Of a DNA stretch of 64,000 bases, positions 1 to 8,813 are shown piece by piece; the first letter of the stretch is position 1, and every line of letters starts with the position of its first letter. This DNA comes from Blastocatellia bacterium (lineage in GTDB: Bacteria > Acidobacteriota > Blastocatellia > HR10). The notes beneath the pieces are model-generated. The model was given only the letters and a program-made list of their open reading frames with translations, searched no databases and was not told where the DNA came from. Where the stretch lies: positions 3,120 through 67,119 of the forward strand of contig JANWYV010000022.1 of the NCBI GenBank assembly GCA_025055075.1, read 5' to 3'. A program made the position numbers and the translations under genes.

Positions 1-265
1 GGCGGACCTCCGGCATGAGGGAGAGACGATCTCTGGCGCGGTGACCAGCCCGTTCGGACAATCCACGATCTCCAGCGGGTCGGTCTCCGGAAATGAAGTG
101 CGCTTCACGCTCTCGGTGGAGATCCAAGGAACACCCATGCTGGTCACGTTCGCCGGTCGCGTCGAAGGCGATCGCATGAGTGGAACGGTGACGGTCGAAG
201 GCATGGGATCATTCCCCTTCTCGGGGACACGGCCGAGACTCTCATCAGGAGGTCAGCAGCCATGA
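1..265 (+). CDS. 3' end of a gene starting before the window; small beta-rich C-terminal domain, probably of an amidohydrolase-cluster protein
   Basis: Frame is open from position 2 ([19 protein letters not shown]...FPFSGTR). Its stop overlaps the next ATG (ATGA at 262-265). Confidence 0.6.
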   Translation, partial: ADLRHEGETISGAVTSPFGQSTISSGSVSGNEVRFTLSVEIQGTPMLVTFAGRVEGDRMSGTVTVEGMGSFPFSGTRPRLSSGGQQP

Positions 266-1725
266 GAGACGCACGAGCATTCGCCGCACGAATGTGGGGT
301 CTTGCTGTGAGCGCGTGTCTGCTCGGAGCTTCGCTCGGCGGATCGGTTTCCGCCCAGGCTCCTTCAAGCGGCGCGCGCGAGGAGGTGACGCTCATCCGCG
401 GGGGGACGATCTTGACCGTGACGCGCGGACGGATCGAGAACGGTTCGATCCTCATTCGCGGAGGGAAGATCGCGGCCGTTGGCCGAAACATTGACGCGCC
501 GCCGGGAGCGAAGGTCATTGATGCTACGGGCAAATACATCATGCCCGGCATCATTGATTGCCATTCGCACATCGCCATAGATGGAGGGGTGAACGAGGGC
601 ACCCTCTCGGTCACCTCGATGGTGCGCATCGAGGATGTGCTCGATCCGACCGATATCAACATCTATCGCGACTTGGCCGGAGGGGTGACGACGGCCAATA
701 TCCTGCACGGGAGCGCGAACGCCATCGGCGGGTTGAACGCGGTGATCAAGCTTCGCTGGGGGAAGACGGCGTCGGAGATGCTGTTTGAAGGGGCGATGCC
801 GGGCATCAAGTTCGCGCTCGGGGAGAATCCGAAGCGCTCGAATTTCACGCCGCCGCCGGGAACGCCGCGCCGCTATCCGGCCACGCGCCTGGGGGTCGAG
901 TACACGATCCGCGAGGCGTTCACGCAAGCGCGGAACTACATGCTCCAGTGGGAAGAGTACGAACGCCGCAAGCGAGCTGGCGAGAACGTCGTTCCCCCGC
1001 GTCGGGATTTGAAGTTGGAGCCGCTCGTCGAGATCCTGCAGGGAAAGCGCTTGGTGCATGCGCACGCCTATCGCGCCGATGAGATCCTCATGCTCATTCG
1101 CCTGGCCGAGGAGTTCGGCTTCAAGATCGCCACGTTCCAACACGTGCTGGAAGGATACAAGGTCGCCCGAGAGCTTGCCGCTCACGGCGCGGGCGCCTCG
1201 ACATTCTCCGACTGGTGGGCGTACAAGGTCGAAGCCTATGACGCCATCCCGTACAATGGGGCGCTCATGGCCCGCAAGGGCGTCCTCGTCTCCTTCAATT
1301 CCGACAGCGCCGAATTGGCCCGCCGCTTGAACTTGGAAGCGGCCAAGGCCATGAAATATGGCGGCCTGAGCGAGGACGAGGCCTTGGCGCTCATCACGAT
1401 CAATCCGGCCAAGCAACTGCGCATTGATCATCGCGTCGGCTCGATCGAAGTCGGCAAAGATGCAGATCTGGTGATCTACAGCGGACATCCGCTCAGCGTC
1501 TATTCGATCGTCGAGAAGGTGTTCATTGACGGTCAGCTCTACTTCGATCGCGAGGCCGATTTGGCTCGACGCGCGGAGATCCAGAAGGAGAAGGAAGCGC
1601 TCCGGGCTCGCGAGCGTGGCGCGGAACGTCGTCCGGGGCCGCGCAATCGTCCGCCCGATGAGGGCACTGAAGGAAACGCGGAGCATCCGCTACCGCCCGG
1701 ACCGGGCAAGGAGGTGCGGCCATGA
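262..1725 (+). CDS. Secreted amidohydrolase-family protein (imidazolonepropionase-like)
   Basis: Signal peptide; [18 protein letters not shown] (HxH metal motif); [31 protein letters not shown]. Confidence 0.9.
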   Translation: MRDARAFAARMWGLAVSACLLGASLGGSVSAQAPSSGAREEVTLIRGGTILTVTRGRIENGSILIRGGKIAAVGRNIDAPPGAKVIDATGKYIMPGIIDCHSHIAIDGGVNEGTLSVTSMVRIEDVLDPTDINIYRDLAGGVTTANILHGSANAIGGLNAVIKLRWGKTASEMLFEGAMPGIKFALGENPKRSNFTPPPGTPRRYPATRLGVEYTIREAFTQARNYMLQWEEYERRKRAGENVVPPRRDLKLEPLVEILQGKRLVHAHAYRADEILMLIRLAEEFGFKIATFQHVLEGYKVARELAAHGAGASTFSDWWAYKVEAYDAIPYNGALMARKGVLVSFNSDSAELARRLNLEAAKAMKYGGLSEDEALALITINPAKQLRIDHRVGSIEVGKDADLVIYSGHPLSVYSIVEKVFIDGQLYFDREADLARRAEIQKEKEALRARERGAERRPGPRNRPPDEGTEGNAEHPLPPGPGKEVRP

Positions 1726-3062
1726 GGAAGAGAGCGTTTGTGCTCATCGTGGCTTTTGGGCTTTGGCCCGTGCTCTCACTTTCGAGCGCGCGGGCGCAGC
1801 GCGGAGAGATCTATGCCATCACGAACGCGCGCATCGTGCCGATCACTGGGCCGGTGATCGAACGCGGCACCGTTGTGATTCGGGACGGGAAGATCGCCGC
1901 CGTCGGTCGGAACGTCTCCATTCCGGCGGGCGCGCGCGTCATCAATGCGCAAGGGATGTGGGTCTATCCCGGCTTCATTGATTCGGGGACGACCATCGGA
2001 TTGACCGAGATCGGTCAGGTCCCGGCGACCGTGGACGTCAACGAGATCGGGGATTTCAATCCGCAGCTGAAGGCGATCGTGGCCGTCAATCCGGCGAGCG
2101 AGCTTATTCCAGTAGCGCGCGTCAATGGCATCACGACGGTGCTCACGACTCCGCGGGGAGGCATTCTCTCGGGGCAGGCCGCGCTCATCAACCTGGATGG
2201 CTGGACGTGGGAGGAGATGCTCGTCAAGGCTCCCATTGGCATCTACTTCAACTTCCCCACGATCGCCGCGGGCCGCTTCTTCGATCCGGAGACGTTCCAG
2301 CCGCGCGAGCGCAGCTTCGAGGAAGCTCGACGGCAACGCGAGGAGCGATTGCAGCGCGTGCGACGGCTTCTGGATGACGCGCGCGCCTATGCGAAGGCGA
2401 AGCGCGCCGCCGAAGCTGGCGTGCCTGAAGGGAATGCCGCGAATGCTCGGGATCGGCAGCCCTTCCTGATCAATCCCGTCCTCGAGGCCCTGGTGCCGGT
2501 GGTCGAGGGGACACTGCCGCTGATCGTCGCCGCCAACGATGATCGGGACATCAAGGCCGCCGTCGAGTTCGCCGAGGAGCAGAAGGTCAAGATCATCATC
2601 AGTGGTGGGCTCGAGGCTCCGAAAGTCGCGCGACTTCTCAAGGAGAAGAACATCCCCGTGCTGCTCGGTCCTGTGCTGAGCCTTCCGCGGAACGAGGACG
2701 ATCCCTATGACAGCACATTCACGGCCGCTAAGCAATTGTATGAGGCGGGAGTGAAGTTCGCTTTCCTGACCAACGACGCCTCGAACGTGAGGAATCTCCC
2801 CTATCATGCGGCGATGGCCGTAGCCTTCGGCTTGCCTCGCGATGAGGCGTTGCGCGCGTTGACGATCTCTCCGGCTGAGATCTTCGGAGTCGCCGATCGG
2901 CTGGGGAGCATCGAGGTGGGCAAAATGGCCAACCTCGTCGTCTGGGACGGCGATCCGCTCGAAATTCGCTCGCAGGTGCGCTATCTCTTCATCAACGGTC
3001 GGCTCGTGTCGCTGGAGACCAGGCACACGCAGCTCTACGAGCGCTATCGGAATCGGCCCTGA
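1722..3062 (+). CDS. Secreted amidohydrolase-fold protein lacking the metal-binding HxH motif
   Basis: Signal peptide; [11 protein letters not shown] in place of D-x-H-x-[17 protein letters not shown] overlap with the upstream gene. Confidence 0.85.
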   Translation: MRKRAFVLIVAFGLWPVLSLSSARAQRGEIYAITNARIVPITGPVIERGTVVIRDGKIAAVGRNVSIPAGARVINAQGMWVYPGFIDSGTTIGLTEIGQVPATVDVNEIGDFNPQLKAIVAVNPASELIPVARVNGITTVLTTPRGGILSGQAALINLDGWTWEEMLVKAPIGIYFNFPTIAAGRFFDPETFQPRERSFEEARRQREERLQRVRRLLDDARAYAKAKRAAEAGVPEGNAANARDRQPFLINPVLEALVPVVEGTLPLIVAANDDRDIKAAVEFAEEQKVKIIISGGLEAPKVARLLKEKNIPVLLGPVLSLPRNEDDPYDSTFTAAKQLYEAGVKFAFLTNDASNVRNLPYHAAMAVAFGLPRDEALRALTISPAEIFGVADRLGSIEVGKMANLVVWDGDPLEIRSQVRYLFINGRLVSLETRHTQLYERYRNRP

Positions 3063-3068
3063 TCGGGC

Positions 3069-3096
3069 GTGGGGGCGCAACGAGCAGCGCCCCTAC
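3069..3096. terminator. Hairpin between convergent genes (bidirectional terminator, GTAG-REP-like)
   Basis: GTGGGGGCGC-aacgagca-GCGCCCCTAC; 10-bp stem with one G-U pair. Confidence 0.55.
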
Positions 3097-3419
3097 GCCT
3101 GTTCCTTCGGCAGCACGTCCATGATCCAGGTGATCGCGGCGAAGGCGCCGGACCAGCCAATCGTTGTGATGGCGAGCAAGCCGACGTGAATCAGCTCTTC
3201 CGGAGTGATCCCGGCCTTCAAAGCGCGGCGCGCGTGCGAGTGAACCGCGCCCTCGCGACCGGCGCCAATCGCGATAGCCAGCTTCACCAAGCGCTGCGTT
3301 CGCTCATCGAGGGGGCCAGCTTGCGTGGTCGCCTCCCCCAGTCGGTTGTATGCCTCCCAGACTTGCGGATATTTCGCCGCGAACTCTCGCAAGACATCTG
3401 GCAATTCCGTATTCGCCAT
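3093..3419 (-). CDS. Carboxymuconolactone decarboxylase (AhpD-like) family protein
   Basis: GPLDERTQRLVKLAIAIG...AVHSHARRALKAGITPEE; GGAGGGAG RBS. Confidence 0.85.
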   Translation of the reverse strand: MANTELPDVLREFAAKYPQVWEAYNRLGEATTQAGPLDERTQRLVKLAIAIGAGREGAVHSHARRALKAGITPEELIHVGLLAITTIGWSGAFAAITWIMDVLPKEQA

Positions 3420-3622
3420 AGCTCCCTCCTCCGAATTCCCAATTGTGAGCGCTCAATTGAATGAGTCAAGCGCGCCATGCCGTCTCTCGCGGGAAAGTTC
3501 GCTTCACCAGCTCTCGGCGAGACGCTCGGTAGCTAGCGGTCGGGAAGGGATGTCCCTAGACAGGAGGGACGGGTCTTTGCTATTTTCCCGCTGCGCGTGA
3601 TCGCTCAATGAGGAGGGGGATG

Positions 3623-5317
3623 ATGAAGCCGATCGCTGCCCTAGTGATGCTTCTTGCTTCGCTATCGGTCTGGCCGGTTCGCGGGCAAACGCCCTTGTAT
3701 GATGTGCTCATTCGCGGAGGACGCATCGTGGATGGGACGGGGAATCCGTGGTTTTCGGCTGACGTGGCCATCAAAGATGGGCGGATTGTGGCCATCGGGC
3801 GACTGGAGGGGGCGACGGCCACGCGCATCATCGATGCGCGCGGACTCTACGTCGTTCCGGGGTTCATTGACCTCCATTCGCATGCGGACGAAGGGTTGGG
3901 CTCACCGCGCACCAATGTGAACCCGAACATGCTCATGCAGGGGGTGACGACGGTCGTCGTCAATCAGGATGGGCGCTCGCCATGGCCGATCGCTGAACAG
4001 AAGGCTCTCTATGAGCGACAGGGGATCGGAACGAATGTCGTGCTCCTGGTCGGGCATGGAACCTTGCGCAGCCGCGTCATGGGAGAGGACATTCGGCGGC
4101 CGGCGACGCGCGAAGAGATCGAGCGGATGAAGGCGCTCCTCAAGCAAGGACTGGAGGAAGGCGCTTTCGGTCTGAGCGCTGGGTTGGAGTATGTGCCCGG
4201 TCGCTGGAGCACGACCGAAGAGTTGATCGAGTTGGCGAAGGTCGTCGCGGCTTATGGCGGATTCTACATCGCTCATCAGCGGAGCGAAGGGCGCGATCCC
4301 TTGTGGAAGAATGCTTCCGATGAGACGCCGTCGGTGGATCTGCTGCAAGCGGTGCAGGAGACGATCGAAATCAGCGCGAAGACGGGCGTCGTCGCCGTCG
4401 CCTCGCACTTGAAGGCGAAGGGAGCTTCGTATTGGGGGAGCAGCTATGCCGCCGTGCGGTTGATCGCCGAAGCACGGGAGCGAGGCCTGCCGGTCTACGC
4501 CGATCAATACCCCTACGATACGACGGGGACAGATGGGCAAACGGTGCTCATCCCCTTGTGGGCCCTCGCTGAAGAGGGCGTCGAAGTCGGTGGGCAATTG
4601 GGACAACTCGTGCGCGGACGAGCCGAACCGTTCGCGCGGATGAAAGAAAATCTGCGACGGCGATTGAACGATCCGAAGCAGCGGGAGAAGATCCGTCGGG
4701 ACATCGTCCATGAGATCGATCGGCGCGGCGGGCCGGAGCGCATCATCATCTACGAGTTCCCGGATCCGGAGCTGATTGGGAAATCGCTCGGCGAGGTCGC
4801 GCGTCGGCGCGGCGAGGATCCAGTGGACACGGCGCTGTGGCTCCAACTGAACGGATTGGATCGTCCCGGGGGAGCGCGCATGCGAGGCTTCTCGCTCTCA
4901 GAGCTGGACATCGAGCACATCATGCGGCAGGAGTTCACGGCGACCTGCAGCGATGCCGGCACTGTGGCTTTCGGCGAGGGAATCCCACATCCACGCTACT
5001 ACGGCGCTTTCCCTCGTAAGATTCGGCGCTACGTCTTCGAGCGCGGCGTCATCTCCTTACCCTTCGCCATTCGCTCAATGACATCGCTGCCGGCACAAAT
5101 CATCGGCCTGCGCGACCGTGGCCTCTTGCGCGAAGGCTATTGGGCGGACATCACCATCTTCGATCCCGAGAAGATCGCCGACCGCGCGACGTACACGAAT
5201 CCGCATCAGTACGCCGAAGGGATCCTCTACGTGCTGGTCAATGGCGAATTCGCGGTTGATGGGGGGAAGCTCACGGGGAAACTGGCGGGCCGAGTCCTGA
5301 CGCCCCCGCGACGCTGA
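3623..5317 (+). CDS. Secreted N-acyl-D-amino-acid deacylase (D-aminoacylase) family protein
   Basis: YDVLIRGGRIVDGTGNPW; PGFIDLHSH; GLEYVPG; DQYPY; HPRYYGAFPR; RGLLREGYWADI; AGGAGG RBS; signal peptide. Confidence 0.9.
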   Translation: MKPIAALVMLLASLSVWPVRGQTPLYDVLIRGGRIVDGTGNPWFSADVAIKDGRIVAIGRLEGATATRIIDARGLYVVPGFIDLHSHADEGLGSPRTNVNPNMLMQGVTTVVVNQDGRSPWPIAEQKALYERQGIGTNVVLLVGHGTLRSRVMGEDIRRPATREEIERMKALLKQGLEEGAFGLSAGLEYVPGRWSTTEELIELAKVVAAYGGFYIAHQRSEGRDPLWKNASDETPSVDLLQAVQETIEISAKTGVVAVASHLKAKGASYWGSSYAAVRLIAEARERGLPVYADQYPYDTTGTDGQTVLIPLWALAEEGVEVGGQLGQLVRGRAEPFARMKENLRRRLNDPKQREKIRRDIVHEIDRRGGPERIIIYEFPDPELIGKSLGEVARRRGEDPVDTALWLQLNGLDRPGGARMRGFSLSELDIEHIMRQEFTATCSDAGTVAFGEGIPHPRYYGAFPRKIRRYVFERGVISLPFAIRSMTSLPAQIIGLRDRGLLREGYWADITIFDPEKIADRATYTNPHQYAEGILYVLVNGEFAVDGGKLTGKLAGRVLTPPRR

Positions 5318-5559
5318 TCGCGTGCGAATTCGTCGAAGGAATCGCGGGCTCAAAGTGCGCGCATCATAAGGTCTGAATTTTCGGCGCGCCTCCAAAGGGG
5401 ACGACGGTTTGTCCTTCGTTTGAACGGCTCGCTCACGAAGAGCGTGAGGAGATACCTGATTGAAGGTCCGAATCCGCATCCACGTTATGAGCGAGCACCA
5501 ACGATGAGGGAGGCACAAGGTCTATTCCGCGTGAAGCCGCCTCGCGCTCCTGACCGCCA

Positions 5560-6486
5560 TCATCCGAGCAAGCGGAGCAAGATGGCCTTTTGAATGTGGA
5601 GGCGGTTCTCCGCTTGATCGAAGACGATGCTCTGCGGTCCGTCAATGACCTCGTCGGTCATCTCGGCCCCGCGCTCGGCCGGAAGGCAATGCATGAAGAG
5701 CGCGTCGGGGCGAGCCTGCCGCATGAGGTCCGTCGTCACTTGAAAAGATCGGAGACGTCGCTCGCGTTCGGCGCGCTGTTCGGGCGGAATGTGGTAGCTC
5801 ATCCACGTGTCCGTGTAGACGATGTCGGCCGAGGCGACCGCTGCAGATGCATTGTGCACGATCTCAATCGCAGCTCCTGTCTCGCGGGCCATCGCCCGAG
5901 CCCGTTGGAGAACGGTCGCATCCGGCTCGTACTCTTGACCCTCGGGGCAACCCACGCTCACGTGCATTCCCACAGCCGCGCCACCGAGAAGCAACGAATG
6001 CGTCACGTTATTGTGCCCATCGCCCACATAGGCGAGCTTCACGCCCTGAAGTCGGCCTTTCTTCTCCCGGATGGTCATCAAATCGCCAAGCACCTGGCAG
6101 GGATGCTCGTGATCGGTCAGACCGTTGATGACGGGCACGCTCGCGTGCGCGGCCAGCTCTTCCAGATCCGCTTGCCGGAAGAGTCGCGCCATGATCGCGT
6201 CCACGTAACGCGAGGCCGTGCGCGCCGTATCGGCGATGCTCTCTTTCCCTTTCCCCAGCGGCGACGCGCCGAGGTCGTAGTAGATCGCGTGCCCGCCCAT
6301 TTGCAGCATGGCGACCTCGAACGACAGCCGCGTGCGCAACGACGGCTTCTCGAAGAGCATGAGCAACACGCGCCCTTCAAGCGCGCGCGCAACGCGAGCG
6401 GGATCGCGTTTGATTTGCACGGCATGTTCAATTGTCTCCTCGATCCATTCGCGTGGCCAATCGGCGAGGGAAAGGAGATGCTTCAT
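5560..6486 (-). CDS. arcB: Ornithine carbamoyltransferase (probably catabolic)
   Basis: FEKPSLRTR, HPCQ, GDGHNNV, HCLP, QAENRLH; start MKHLL with AGGAGG RBS; adjacent to carbamate kinase. Confidence 0.92.
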   Translation of the reverse strand: MKHLLSLADWPREWIEETIEHAVQIKRDPARVARALEGRVLLMLFEKPSLRTRLSFEVAMLQMGGHAIYYDLGASPLGKGKESIADTARTASRYVDAIMARLFRQADLEELAAHASVPVINGLTDHEHPCQVLGDLMTIREKKGRLQGVKLAYVGDGHNNVTHSLLLGGAAVGMHVSVGCPEGQEYEPDATVLQRARAMARETGAAIEIVHNASAAVASADIVYTDTWMSYHIPPEQRAERERRLRSFQVTTDLMRQARPDALFMHCLPAERGAEMTDEVIDGPQSIVFDQAENRLHIQKAILLRLLG

Positions 6487-6499
6487 CGCTGGCCTCCTC

Positions 6500-7444
6500 T
6501 CAATCGGGATAAATGTGTGTGCCCGTGTGACCGCGAAAAGCCGCGAGCACGACATCCGGTCGCGTGATGATGACCTCGCGCCCACCGCGCTCGAGAAACG
6601 CGATGGCGGCTTCGATCTTCGGCCCCATGCTTCCGGGAGCGAAATGCCCTTCGGCCAGGTACCGTCGCGCTTCGTCAAGCGTCATCCGCTCGATGTCCTG
6701 CTCCTGAGGCGTGCCGAAGTAGAGTTTCACCTTCTCGACGGCCGTGAGATCGAGCAACCGGTCAGCTTTCAGAGCCGTCGCCAGAAGACTCGACGCCAGG
6801 TCCTTATCCACAACGGCTTCGATGCCCACGAGCGTCCCATCCTCAGCGAGCGCGACGGGAATGCCTCCGCCGCCAGCGACGATGACGATCACGCCGCTCT
6901 CGAAAAGCTGAAGGATCACCTCCTGCTCGACCAGGCGAAGCGGCAGCGGCGACGGGACGACGCGCCGATAGCCTCGATGCGCGTCTTCCATGAGCGTGTA
7001 TCCCTTGCGTCGCAACTCGTCGGCTTGCGCTGCCGTGTAGAACGGGCCGATGGGTTTGGTCGGCGAATGCAGGCGTGGATCATGGCGATCTACGACGACC
7101 TGCGTGAGAACGGTCACCACCGAACGAGCGATGCCCCTCCGATGGAGCAGGTTCTGTAAGGTGCGTTGAATGAGATACCCCATCTCGCCTTGCGACTCTG
7201 CGACGCAGACGTCGAGCGGCAGATCGTAAGCTTTCCCGCGCGCTTCTTCGACGCGAATGACGATATTGCCGACCTGTGGGCCGTTGCCGTGCGTGAGCGC
7301 GATCCGATGTCCTTCGCGGATCAATTCCACCACGCCGCCGAGCGATTCTTCCAAATTGGCGAGCTGCTCGGGGATCGTCCCGGCTTGCCCCGGTTTGATC
7401 AAAGCGTTGCCGCCAAGGGCGATGACGAGTCGTTCGCTCATCAA
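6500..7444 (-). CDS. arcC: Carbamate kinase
   Basis: VIALGGNAL, THGNGPQVG, PTKPIGPFY, YRRVVPSP, GGGGIPV, EAVVDKD, GSMGPK. Confidence 0.97.
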   Translation of the reverse strand: MMSERLVIALGGNALIKPGQAGTIPEQLANLEESLGGVVELIREGHRIALTHGNGPQVGNIVIRVEEARGKAYDLPLDVCVAESQGEMGYLIQRTLQNLLHRRGIARSVVTVLTQVVVDRHDPRLHSPTKPIGPFYTAAQADELRRKGYTLMEDAHRGYRRVVPSPLPLRLVEQEVILQLFESGVIVIVAGGGGIPVALAEDGTLVGIEAVVDKDLASSLLATALKADRLLDLTAVEKVKLYFGTPQEQDIERMTLDEARRYLAEGHFAPGSMGPKIEAAIAFLERGGREVIITRPDVVLAAFRGHTGTHIYPD

Positions 7445-8769
7445 GCGTTCATCCTCGCGAGGAAGTCTCGAAGGACATCGCCGAGCGTCGGTGGGCCGAC
7501 TTCTTCCAGCTCATACGCGACGCGACAGGTCGGATGTCGAATCTGCAGGACGCGACGCAAATCCACCGGCGTCGCCACGAGCACGACATCGCAGGGCGTG
7601 CGATTGATCGTCTCCTCCAGCTCGCGCATTTGCTCCGCGCCGTAGCCCATCGCCGGGAGCAACGGCCCGATGTGCGGATATTCGGCGAAGGTCTCGCGGA
7701 TGCTGCCGACGGCGTAGGGACGCGGGTCAATCAGCTCGCGCGCGCCGTACTGTCGAGCGGCGAGCACGCCCGCGCCATAGCTCATCTCACCGTGCGTCAG
7801 CGTCGGTCCGTCCTCGACGACGAGCACACGCCGATGGCGAATCGCCTCGGGCGCGTCCACGACGATCGGCAAATTCGCCTCGATGACGAGCGCCTTCGGA
7901 TTGAACGCGCGAATGTTCTGCCGAACGGCCTCCACATCTTCGGGGCGCGCCGTATTGACCTTGCTGATGATGAGGACATCGGCCCGCAGGAAGTTCACTT
8001 CGCCCGGAAAGTACGCCCGCTCGTGTCCGGGCCGATGTGGGTCCACGAGCACGATCTCCAAATCGGGGACGAAGAAGGGGAGATCGTTATTCCCTCCGTC
8101 CCAGACCAGGACGTCGGCCTCCGCCTCCGCTTGGCGCAAGATGCGTTCGTAATCCACGCCCGCATAGACGATGACGCCATTGCGCAAATGCGGTTCGTAC
8201 TCCTCCATCTCTTCGATGGTGCAGTTGTAGCGGCGGAGATCCTCGACCGTCTCGAATCGTTGCACGATCTGCTGGGAGAGATCGCCATAGGGCATGGGAT
8301 GACGCACGACGACGACGCGGCGACCCATCTCGCGGAGCAGCCGGGCAATTTTGCGACTCGCCGGGCTCTTGCCGCAACCCGTGCGCACGGCGCAGACGGA
8401 GATGACGGGCCGCTGCGCTCGCAGCATCGTCGCCCGCGCCCCGAGCAGCCGGAAATCAGCGCCTCGCGCCAGCGCCCGCGCCGCCTCATGCATGACGTGC
8501 TCGTGCGAGACATCGCTGTAGGAGAAGACGACCTGATCAATCTCGTACTCTTCGATCAATCGTTCCAGCTCCTCTTCCGGGTAGATGGGGAGGCCTTCGG
8601 GATACAGCGCACCAGCTAGCTCCGGCGGATAGCGCCGTCCCTCGATGTTGGGGATCTGCGTCGCCGTGAACGCGATCACTTCATACTGCGGATTGTCGCG
8701 AAAGACGACGTTGAAGTTGTGGAAGTCTCGACCGGCCGCTCCCATGATCAACACGCGCGTGCGCTTCAT
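7441..8769 (-). CDS. arcE: Cyclic 2,3-diphosphoglycerate synthetase-like P-loop protein; probable arginine synthetase
   Basis: GAAGRDFHNFN, AVRTGCGKS (P-loop), RHPMPYG, WDGGNND, EDGPTLTHG, PAMGY; coupled to arcC-arcB; GGAGG RBS. The function call rests on gene context. Confidence 0.8.
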   Translation of the reverse strand: MKRTRVLIMGAAGRDFHNFNVVFRDNPQYEVIAFTATQIPNIEGRRYPPELAGALYPEGLPIYPEEELERLIEEYEIDQVVFSYSDVSHEHVMHEAARALARGADFRLLGARATMLRAQRPVISVCAVRTGCGKSPASRKIARLLREMGRRVVVVRHPMPYGDLSQQIVQRFETVEDLRRYNCTIEEMEEYEPHLRNGVIVYAGVDYERILRQAEAEADVLVWDGGNNDLPFFVPDLEIVLVDPHRPGHERAYFPGEVNFLRADVLIISKVNTARPEDVEAVRQNIRAFNPKALVIEANLPIVVDAPEAIRHRRVLVVEDGPTLTHGEMSYGAGVLAARQYGARELIDPRPYAVGSIRETFAEYPHIGPLLPAMGYGAEQMRELEETINRTPCDVVLVATPVDLRRVLQIRHPTCRVAYELEEVGPPTLGDVLRDFLARMNA

Positions 8770-8813
8770 ATATTCGCCCTCCTGCAGCCGTCTCATGATC
8801 GCCGTATCCTCCG

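Noticed and set aside
364..3080. Long antisense ORFs (364-1686, 1776-3080) and many similar ones (5590-6567, 36019-37485, 37488-39059, 44649-46268, 50976-52349, 54906-56258)
   Set aside because: Shadow frames opposite well-supported genes, expected in high-GC DNA; no recognisable motifs or RBS.
7441..8769. Annotation as true cyclic 2,3-diphosphoglycerate synthetase
   Set aside because: No 2-phosphoglycerate kinase is adjacent; coupling to arcC/arcB favours arginine synthetase. Not excluded without a phylogeny.
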